From: Gemmatimonadales bacterium
Lineage (GTDB): Bacteria > Gemmatimonadota > Gemmatimonadetes > Gemmatimonadales > GWC2-71-9
NCBI GenBank assembly: GCA_035491895.1
Contig: DATJJY010000094.1
Location: forward strand, 33,025-97,024
Reading direction: 5' to 3'
DNA length: 64,000 nt
Within the stretch, counting starts at the first letter, position 1. The number at the start of each line of letters is the position of its first letter. The position numbers were made by a program, and so were the translations under genes. The notes beneath the pieces are model-generated. The model ran no database searches. It was given only the letters and a program-made list of their open reading frames with translations, and was not told the DNA's origin. Of the stretch, positions 8,652 through 15,431 are shown one piece after another.

Positions 8652-9347
8652 TCAGCGGTCGTAGCGATCGTGGTGGCGCACCCAGCTCTGCGTGGCCTCG
8701 GGATCCTCGTCGCGCCCTTTGGGCACGAGATCGAGGATCTGGTACGTCCCGTTGATCATATCGATGCCGCGCGCGTACGTGGAATAGGTCCGGAACACCG
8801 TGCCGCTCGAGTCCTTCGTGAAGACGCTCAGGCCTTCGCGGTCGCCCATGCCGGGAACCACGGTCCCGAAGTTGTAGACCGGCAGCCCGCTGTCGGCCGG
8901 TGTGAAGGAAACGCGATAGTCGTAGTTGAACGAAGTGTTGCCCGAAGAAAGCCACTTGAACTTCCACCCCATGCGCTGCTGAAACGCCGCGATCTTGGCG
9001 CGGGGCGCGCGGGAGATGACGACGAACGACACGTCGCGCTGGCCGAGGTGCGCCATCATGCCGTCGTAGTGATCCGCCCAGAAGGAGCAGTGCGGGCAGC
9101 CGGCTTCGTCCGCGGGATTGAACATGAAGTGGTAGACAACGAGCTGGCTCTTCCCGGCGAAGAGATCGCTCAACGATTCCGGGCCGTTCGGGCCTTCGAA
9201 GACATAGGATTTCCCGACCTTCTCCCAGGGGAGCGCGCGGCGCTCTCGGCTCAGCGCGTCGCGCGCCCTGGTGAATTCCTTCTCCTTCTTGAGCAGTGCC
9301 GCGCGGGCGGCTTGCCACTGGTCGGGGGACACGATGGGATGCGACAT
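8652..9347 (-). CDS. DUF899 thioredoxin-like protein
   Basis: 231 aa. N-terminus MSHPIVSPDQWQAARAALLKKEKEFTRARDALSRERRALPW and ...VVYHFMF...CPHCSF are typical of the DUF899 family. Confidence 0.88.
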   Translation of the reverse strand: MSHPIVSPDQWQAARAALLKKEKEFTRARDALSRERRALPWEKVGKSYVFEGPNGPESLSDLFAGKSQLVVYHFMFNPADEAGCPHCSFWADHYDGMMAHLGQRDVSFVVISRAPRAKIAAFQQRMGWKFKWLSSGNTSFNYDYRVSFTPADSGLPVYNFGTVVPGMGDREGLSVFTKDSSGTVFRTYSTYARGIDMINGTYQILDLVPKGRDEDPEATQSWVRHHDRYDR

Positions 9348-9420
9348 ACGGTTTCTCCGTGAATGCGGGGTGGCGCTGGAGTGGTCGGGCTGCTAATATT
9401 CTACCATTCGGTTGAATGAT

Positions 9421-9765
9421 ATGGCAACCGCCACCCGACGCAATCGGTCGCTCGACCGGGTCTATGGCGCGATCGCGGATCCCACGCGGCGCGCGATGCT
9501 GGCCGTCCTGGCCGGCGGCGACGTCACCGTCGGCACCCTCGCCGGCCGTTTCCCCATCACCTTCAATGGTGCCTCCAAACACGTGAAGGTGCTGGAACGG
9601 GCCGGCCTCGTGACCCGTCGCGTCCGGGGCCGCGAGCACTGGCTGCGGCTCGAGCCCCGCCCGCTGCTCGACGCCGCCCGCTGGATCGAGCACTACCGCG
9701 CGTTCTGGGACACGCGACTGGCCGCGCTCGAGACGTTGCTGGTGCGGCACCATAACCGCGCTTGA
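9421..9765 (+). CDS. ArsR/SmtB-family transcriptional regulator
   Basis: Winged-HTH core: YGAIADPTRRAMLAVLAGGDVTVGTLAGRFPITFNGASKHVKVLERAGLVTRR. The ATG at 9421 is preferred over the TTG at 9412. Paired with an SRPBCC gene, a common arrangement. Confidence 0.9.
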   Translation: MATATRRNRSLDRVYGAIADPTRRAMLAVLAGGDVTVGTLAGRFPITFNGASKHVKVLERAGLVTRRVRGREHWLRLEPRPLLDAARWIEHYRAFWDTRLAALETLLVRHHNRA

Positions 9766-9876
9766 AAGCGCGGCTCGGCGCTTCGCGGGGGCCCTGAAGG
9801 GCAGGAGCCGCGTGAATAGTGATTGACGTCTTTCAAGACGTGTCGCGTCCGCGCCGAGCCCCGGCTTTAGCCGGGG
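9756..9876. repeat. Multi-hairpin intergenic element, family B copy 1
   Basis: Four hairpins: CCGCGCT-TGAA-AGCGCGG, GCCC-TGAA-GGGC, ACGTCTT-tc-AAGACGT and CCCCGGC-TTTA-GCCGGGG. GCTCGGCG (9773-9780) and CGCCGAGC (9852-9859) bracket the central hairpins. The same plan recurs at 10650-10723 and 14894-14998. Confidence 0.75.
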
Positions 9877-9903
9877 AATCAACGCGCCGCATCTGGGGGG
9901 TTG

Positions 9904-10332
9904 ATGACCGTTGATCCTGTTCCCGGTTCCCTCGTGGTGCGGCGCACCATCCCCGTGCCACGCGAGGAAGTCTTCGCCGCCTGGCTCGATCCGGAGACCC
10001 TCCCAACCTGGATGTGTCCCGGCGGGGGCCGGACCACGGCGGAGCTCGACCCCAAGGTCGGCGGGTCGTTCCGGATCGTGATGCATCATGGGAGCGAAGC
10101 GACCGAACACACCGGCACGTACCTCGTGATCGAGCCGCCCAGCCGGTTGTCGTTCACGTGGATCTCCAGCTACACCGATATGCTGCCGAGCGTGGTGACC
10201 GTCGAGTTCCACACGCGGGGCGACGGCACCGAAGTCGTCCTGACGCACGAGCGGCTCCCGGCTCGGCACGTGGACGCACACAAGAAGGGATGGGGAGAGA
10301 TTCTCGCCACGCTCGAGATAGCCCTGCGGTGA
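9904..10332 (+). CDS. SRPBCC/AHSA1-like (Aha1 domain) protein
   Basis: 142 aa. VVRRTIPVPREEVFAAWLDPETLPTWMCP... and ...RLSFTW... are typical of activator-of-Hsp90-ATPase-homolog-like SRPBCC proteins found next to ArsR regulators. Confidence 0.88.
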   Translation: MTVDPVPGSLVVRRTIPVPREEVFAAWLDPETLPTWMCPGGGRTTAELDPKVGGSFRIVMHHGSEATEHTGTYLVIEPPSRLSFTWISSYTDMLPSVVTVEFHTRGDGTEVVLTHERLPARHVDAHKKGWGEILATLEIALR

Positions 10333-10365
10333 GCTGATAGCGGACGGCTGACAGCTGAAAGCGAC

Positions 10366-10611
10366 CTACCGGTAGATCCACCACGCGATCGGCGCCGGGA
10401 GAAATGCCACGAGGTCGATGATCCCGCTCCACGGCCCGTGCTCCGAGCGGCGAAAGTCTCCGTCCCCCAGCTCGTGCGCGAATCCCACCGAGAAGACCGC
10501 CACGAGAATCGCCGCGGGCGGCGTTCCCAGGAACGCCAGGACCGCGGTCAGGCCGATTCCGACGAGGAAGTGCTCGACGAGGCCGACCGGCGTTATCCAG
10601 CTGGGGATCAT
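10366..10611 (-). CDS. Small integral membrane protein, unknown function
   Basis: 81 aa with 2-3 hydrophobic helices. Strong G/C bias at third codon positions when translated by hand. Confidence 0.7.
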   Translation of the reverse strand: MIPSWITPVGLVEHFLVGIGLTAVLAFLGTPPAAILVAVFSVGFAHELGDGDFRRSEHGPWSGIIDLVAFLPAPIAWWIYR

Positions 10612-10649
10612 GAAGTAGAAGATATGGTTCGTTGGTCGTCTCTTCCCGT

Positions 10650-10723
10650 GGCCTGAAGGCCCGGCTCGGCGAAGTGTGGCGTCCTTAAGGACGCGCGTAG
10701 TGCCCGAGCCGGCGCTTCAGCGC
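10650..10723. repeat. Multi-hairpin intergenic element, family B copy 2 (short form)
   Basis: GGCC-TGAA-GGCC, then GCTCGGCG (10664-10671), a central GCGTCC-TTAA-GGACGC, then CCGAGCC (10704-10710) and GCGC-TTCA-GCGC. Confidence 0.65.
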
Positions 10724-10737
10724 ACGGAGAGCACGGA

Positions 10738-11205
10738 CTACGATTGCTTCCGTGTCGCCGTAAACCGCCGGGCCGGACCCTGGGACGAATGGTCGACCGC
10801 CACCCATTGCTCCGTGCCGACGAGCGAGTCCCCGTGCAGGGCGACGGTGTAATTCATCATCGCCTGGGTATGCGTCTCGCTTTCCATCACCCGCGTGACG
10901 ATCTCGCTCGGCTTGAGCGCTTCGATATGCACGCCGGCGCTCGTGAGTGTTCCGGCCAACAGGCGCGGGGGCCCGTCCGGGGCGCCCGTGGCGCCGAGGG
11001 TCTGCCAGGTGCCGTGAATCGAGTCGCCGGTCACCTGCAGCTCGATGCGTGCATGCCCCTTGCCGGCGGACGACTCGACCCCGTTCATGATCCTGACCTG
11101 GGTGTCGAACTCGGTGAACCAGGTGCCTGCGATGGCGGCCTGGGCCGGAAGCGACAACGGTACGGCACACACCAGGCACGCGAGAACGACGAATCGGCGC
11201 ATCAT
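10738..11205 (-). CDS. Exported hypothetical protein
   Basis: The start was moved to MMRRFVVLACLVCAVPLSLPAQA (signal peptide). The 34 aa upstream in the ORF track look non-coding. No recognisable domain. Confidence 0.7.
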   Translation of the reverse strand: MMRRFVVLACLVCAVPLSLPAQAAIAGTWFTEFDTQVRIMNGVESSAGKGHARIELQVTGDSIHGTWQTLGATGAPDGPPRLLAGTLTSAGVHIEALKPSEIVTRVMESETHTQAMMNYTVALHGDSLVGTEQWVAVDHSSQGPARRFTATRKQS

Positions 11206-11305
11206 GCGCTCCGCGGGAAGGGATGACGAACAGATGCGCGGGCCCCCGATTCGGTCGCGCGGCCCGGGAGCAGGACATACTTTCTGCGCCAACCCCGGAG
11301 GCTCC

Positions 11306-13411
11306 ATGCGCGTCCGCGCTGCCGTTCTGCTCGCCGTCCTCGTCCCTCACACGTCGCGACTCGCCGCGCAGCGCGCGATCGCCGACACCGATCTCTACGC
11401 GTTCCACTGGGTGGCGGGGCCGCAGATTTCGCCGGACGGCAGGCAGGTGGCATACGTCCTCGTGACCGTGAACTCCAAGCATGACGGCTACGAGACGCGG
11501 ATCTGGGCCGTGGCCACCGACGGCAACAGCGCCCCGCGCCGCCTCACCGCCGGCCCGCACGACGCCGCGCCCCGCTGGTCCCCCGACGCGAAAACGCTGG
11601 CCTTTCTCCGTCCCGTCGGAGACGACGGGTCCCAGCTCTTCCTCTTGACCCTCGACGGCGGCGAGGCGGTGCAGCTGACCGACGTCCCCAGTGGCGCGTC
11701 GCCGGCGGTGTGGTCGCCCGATGGGCGCACCATCGCGTTCGTGAACGGCGCCACTTCCGAAGCGATCGCTCAGAAGGCGAAGGGCGGAGAGCCGCCGAAG
11801 AAGAGCGACGTGCGCGTGATCACGCGAGCCGAATTCCGCAGCGACGACGAGGGGTACGCCGACCCCGCGGAGCACGGCCACCTGTGGACGGTACCGGCCA
11901 TCGCGAGTGACAGGCCCCAGGCTGCCCACCAGGTTACTTCGGGCGCGTTCGACGAAGCGATCCGCCAATGGAGCCCCGATGGACGCCGCATCTACTTCGT
12001 CTCGCAGCGTGTGGTGGAAGACTATTACGGGCGCCCCGACCAGGACCTCTTCTCGGTTGCCGCGACGGGGGGCGGGGGCGGGCCGATCGATACCGTCGTG
12101 AACATCGACGGGCCGGTGAACGCGCCCGTCCTGTCCCCCGACGCGCGCGCCGTCGCATTCCAGGGATTCGTGAACCCGCAAGAACCCCGCTCATACCAGG
12201 AGCAAGACCTGTACATCTGGCGCGGCGGCCGGCTCACGAACCTGACGGCCGACTACGATTTCGATATCGGCTCCGGCGTCCTGGGTGACGAGGCGCCGCC
12301 GCGGGGAGGCGGAGGCGGGCCCATCGTGTGGTCCCCGGATGGCAAGTTCGTGATCGCGGCAACGACGGAGCACGGCCGCTCGAACCTCATCCGGTTCGAC
12401 GCCGCGAGCGGCGCCCGCACGGCGCTCACCACGGGCGATCACGCCATTCTCGCCTGGTCGGCGACGCCCGACGCTCGCACCCTGGCGCTCACCGTGAGTG
12501 ATCCCACGCACCTCACCGACCTCTACGCGCTCGACGCGACGACGAAGAAGTTGACCCAGCTGACCCACGCCAACGACTCGCTCTTTGCGGGGCTCACCTT
12601 GTCCGCCCCGGAGGACTTCTGGTATCCGAGCTTCGACGGCCGCAAAGTCGAGACGTGGATTCTGAAACCGCCCGGCTTCGACCCGTCGAAACGCTATCCC
12701 CTGATCCTCAACATCCACGGCGGCCCACACACGGCGTACGGGTACATCTTCTTTCACGAGATGCAGTGGATGGCGGCGAAGGGGTACGTGGTGCTCTATC
12801 CGAATCCCCGGGGGAGCACGACGTACGGGCAGGACTTCGGCAACGTCATCCAGTACAACTATCCGGGAGACGACTACAAGGATCTGCTGGTGGCGGTCGA
12901 CTCGGTGATCCGCCGCGGCTACATCGACACCACGAGGCTCGGCGTGACCGGAGGCTCGGGGGGCGGGTTATTGACCGATTGGGCCGTCACCCACACCCAT
13001 CGCTTCGCGGCGGCGGTTTCGCAGCGCGATGTCGCCGATTGGCTCGGCTTCTGGTACACGGCGGACTTCACCCTCTTCCAGCCGACCTGGTTCCGGTCGG
13101 TGCCGTTCCACGATCCGCAGGAATTCCTGCGCCGCTCGCCGGTCCAATACGTCGACTCGGTGACGACCCCGATCATGTTCGTGCTGGGAGACGAGGACCT
13201 GCGGGCGCCGGCGACGCAAGGCGGCGAGGCGATGTTCCGCGCGCTCAAGTACCTCCACAAGACGGCGGTGATGGTGCGGTTCCCCGGGGAATCCCACGAG
13301 CTGTCCCGTTCGGGGAAGCCGAACCACCGCGTCGAGCGGCTCGACCACATCCTGAACTGGTTTGACAAGTACCTGCTGGGCAAGGACATCGCGCTCTACG
13401 ACCAGCAGTAA
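11306..13411 (+). CDS. S9-family serine peptidase (prolyl oligopeptidase/acylaminoacyl-peptidase type) with N-terminal PD40/TolB-like propeller
   Basis: ATG at 11306 after a GGAG RBS, signal peptide MRVRAAVLLAVLV... Repeated SPDG motifs. Catalytic GGSGGG serine, GDEDLRAP aspartate and GESHEL histidine. Confidence 0.93.
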   Translation: MRVRAAVLLAVLVPHTSRLAAQRAIADTDLYAFHWVAGPQISPDGRQVAYVLVTVNSKHDGYETRIWAVATDGNSAPRRLTAGPHDAAPRWSPDAKTLAFLRPVGDDGSQLFLLTLDGGEAVQLTDVPSGASPAVWSPDGRTIAFVNGATSEAIAQKAKGGEPPKKSDVRVITRAEFRSDDEGYADPAEHGHLWTVPAIASDRPQAAHQVTSGAFDEAIRQWSPDGRRIYFVSQRVVEDYYGRPDQDLFSVAATGGGGGPIDTVVNIDGPVNAPVLSPDARAVAFQGFVNPQEPRSYQEQDLYIWRGGRLTNLTADYDFDIGSGVLGDEAPPRGGGGGPIVWSPDGKFVIAATTEHGRSNLIRFDAASGARTALTTGDHAILAWSATPDARTLALTVSDPTHLTDLYALDATTKKLTQLTHANDSLFAGLTLSAPEDFWYPSFDGRKVETWILKPPGFDPSKRYPLILNIHGGPHTAYGYIFFHEMQWMAAKGYVVLYPNPRGSTTYGQDFGNVIQYNYPGDDYKDLLVAVDSVIRRGYIDTTRLGVTGGSGGGLLTDWAVTHTHRFAAAVSQRDVADWLGFWYTADFTLFQPTWFRSVPFHDPQEFLRRSPVQYVDSVTTPIMFVLGDEDLRAPATQGGEAMFRALKYLHKTAVMVRFPGESHELSRSGKPNHRVERLDHILNWFDKYLLGKDIALYDQQ

Positions 13412-13415
13412 CGGG

Positions 13416-14837
13416 CTAACGCAGTCCCACCGACCCCTTTGCCGCGGCGATCAGTTTCGCGGGGTCGTATCCCGTCCCGGCGCGAAAGACGAGCTCGACC
13501 TTTTCGACGTCGGCGATCTGCGCCGCCGGATTGCCGTTCACGACCACGAGGTCGGCGTCCTTTCCGGCGGCGATCGACCCGATGCGGTCGGTGCGGCCGA
13601 GATACGTCGCGCCGTTCAGCGTCCCGATCCGGATCGCCTCGAGCGGCGTGAATCCCGCCTCCACCAGGAGCTCCAGGGCGCGCTGGTTCGCGTATCCCGC
13701 CACCACGCCGCCGTAGCCGGTCGGGTCCGTGCCGGTGAGCAGCAGCCCGCCGGCCTGCGCGTACATCCGCTCGAGTCGCATCTCCTTGCGCAACAGCCCC
13801 GTCCACGTGGAGTCGGTCGACGTCGCGATGCGCAGCCGCGTCCGCGTGTACTGATCGCGTGCCTCGGGGAGCATCGCATCGAGGACACCGGGAGGTGCGG
13901 CCGGGCGTCCCGGCGTGAGCGTTTCGAACACCGTGAGCGTTGACGTCAAGGCGACGTGCTTCGAGACGAGATAGGCGATGAGGTCCTTCGCGGCGGGCCC
14001 GTTGGGATCGAGGGCAATGAGCGACGCCACCACCGAATCGTTGGCGGGGCAGACATCCGGCTGCTTCCGAGGGACGAAGTCGGTGGCGACGAGGAAGCCG
14101 TGCTCGAGATCGTCGATCCCGAGGTCCGTCGCCTCGCGAAACGTGACGGAGCAGAGGTGGGCGGTGAGCTTGAGACCGCGGCGGTGCGCCTCCGCGATCG
14201 CCGCGCCCAGCTCGGCGCGCGAGATGTGCATGTACGCCTTGAACGACGTCGCGCCGAGATCCGCCCAGTAGCCCACCATGCGCCGCGCCTCGTCGGCGTC
14301 CTTCAGAGCATGGACCTGTGACAGCGGGAGGCCCGGTCCTTCGAGGTAGGGTCCGGTGACGTCCATCGTCGGCCCCGCCATCTCTCCAGCGGCGATGCTG
14401 CGCGCGATGTTCAGGTCGGCGTACGGCTCGATGCTGCCGCCGGTGCGCATCGTCGTCACCCCGCCCGCCAGGTAGAGCTTGGGGAAACTCCACCCCTGCT
14501 CCGTATACATCCCGTTGCCCGCCGGATAGAACATGTGCTCGTGCACCATCACGAACCCGGGGAGCACGGTGCGGCCCGTGAGGTCCTTCACGTCCGCGCC
14601 GGCCGGGACGGCGACACTCGCCGCCGGTCCCAGCGCGGCGATCGTGCCGTTCCTGATCACGATCGTCTGGTCGTCCTGCGCCGGCGCGCCCGTTCCGTCG
14701 ATCACGCGCACGTGGGTGAGCGCCACCACGGGAGACGACACGGCGACATAGGGGCGGACGGCGGGGCCGGGCGTTTGAGCAACCGCCCGCCCTGCCAGCG
14801 CCAGGGTTGTAACGGTGAACACGAGAGGAGTGCGCAT
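13416..14837 (-). CDS. Amidohydrolase-family metallo-hydrolase (imidazolonepropionase/Xaa-Pro dipeptidase-like), exported
   Basis: The true start is MRTPLVFTVTTLALAGRAVAQ (cat 14835-14837). The upstream part of the 664-aa track ORF is antisense to the PadR gene. HxH metal motif VMVHEHMF. C-terminal ...DADLVVVNGNP... is typical. Confidence 0.9.
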   Translation of the reverse strand: MRTPLVFTVTTLALAGRAVAQTPGPAVRPYVAVSSPVVALTHVRVIDGTGAPAQDDQTIVIRNGTIAALGPAASVAVPAGADVKDLTGRTVLPGFVMVHEHMFYPAGNGMYTEQGWSFPKLYLAGGVTTMRTGGSIEPYADLNIARSIAAGEMAGPTMDVTGPYLEGPGLPLSQVHALKDADEARRMVGYWADLGATSFKAYMHISRAELGAAIAEAHRRGLKLTAHLCSVTFREATDLGIDDLEHGFLVATDFVPRKQPDVCPANDSVVASLIALDPNGPAAKDLIAYLVSKHVALTSTLTVFETLTPGRPAAPPGVLDAMLPEARDQYTRTRLRIATSTDSTWTGLLRKEMRLERMYAQAGGLLLTGTDPTGYGGVVAGYANQRALELLVEAGFTPLEAIRIGTLNGATYLGRTDRIGSIAAGKDADLVVVNGNPAAQIADVEKVELVFRAGTGYDPAKLIAAAKGSVGLR

Positions 14838-14893
14838 GGCGGGTAGGATACGGCTTCCCAGGTGGTAGAGCGAGACCTGCGCCAATGCACGAC

Positions 14894-14998
14894 GGCTGAA
14901 ACCATCGCTCGGCGCCCGCGGCGACGCGTCTTGAAAGACGCACGGAACGGGCCATTCATGGCCCGTCGCGCAGCGCCGAGCGCCGGCTTTAGCCGGCG
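14894..14998. repeat. Multi-hairpin intergenic element, family B copy 3
   Basis: GCTCGGCG (14907-14914), GCGTCT-TGAA-AGACGC (14926-14941), GGGCCA-TTCA-TGGCCC (14949-14964), CGCCGAGC (14974-14981) and CGCCGGC-TTTA-GCCGGCG (14981-14998). Confidence 0.75.
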
Positions 14999-15061
14999 AA
15001 CAAAGCGGCCTGACTAAATCCTGAATTTCCCCCCCCTCGTGCAACCGTTTCCTCCCATGTA

Positions 15062-15075
15062 TTGTCGAATGACAA
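15062..15075. promoter_or_regulatory. Palindrome TTGTC-GAAT-GACAA, candidate PadR operator
   Basis: 14-bp perfect inverted repeat, 24 nt upstream of the PadR start, in an unusually AT-rich stretch. Confidence 0.4.
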
Positions 15076-15098
15076 GGTATCGCACCCAGGAGGCTCAC

Positions 15099-15431
15099 GT
15101 GGCCGAACGCGCCGATCTGCTGCAGGGGACGCTCGATCTGCTCATTCTCAAGACCCTCATCCTGGGCCCGCTGCACGGCTGGGGAATTTCGAAACGCCTG
15201 CGCCAGCTCTCCGCCGACGTGCTCGACGTCGGGCAGGGGAGTCTCTACCCGGCGCTGTATCGCCTTGAGGACAAGGGCTGGATCAGCGCGCACTGGGGCG
15301 AGAGCCCCGAGGGCCGGCGGGCCAGGTTCTACACCCTCACCGCGAGCGGACGGAAGCAGTTCGCCGCCGAGCGGTCGGAGTGGCGGCTGTTCTCGACCGC
15401 GGTGAATCACGTCCTCAAGGCGACCGCATGA
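15099..15431 (+). CDS. PadR-family transcriptional regulator
   Basis: GTG at 15099 follows an AGGAGG RBS. The LLQGTLDLLILKTLILGPLHGWGISKRL...GSLYPALYRLEDKGWI motif is classic PadR. Confidence 0.93.
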   Translation: MAERADLLQGTLDLLILKTLILGPLHGWGISKRLRQLSADVLDVGQGSLYPALYRLEDKGWISAHWGESPEGRRARFYTLTASGRKQFAAERSEWRLFSTAVNHVLKATA

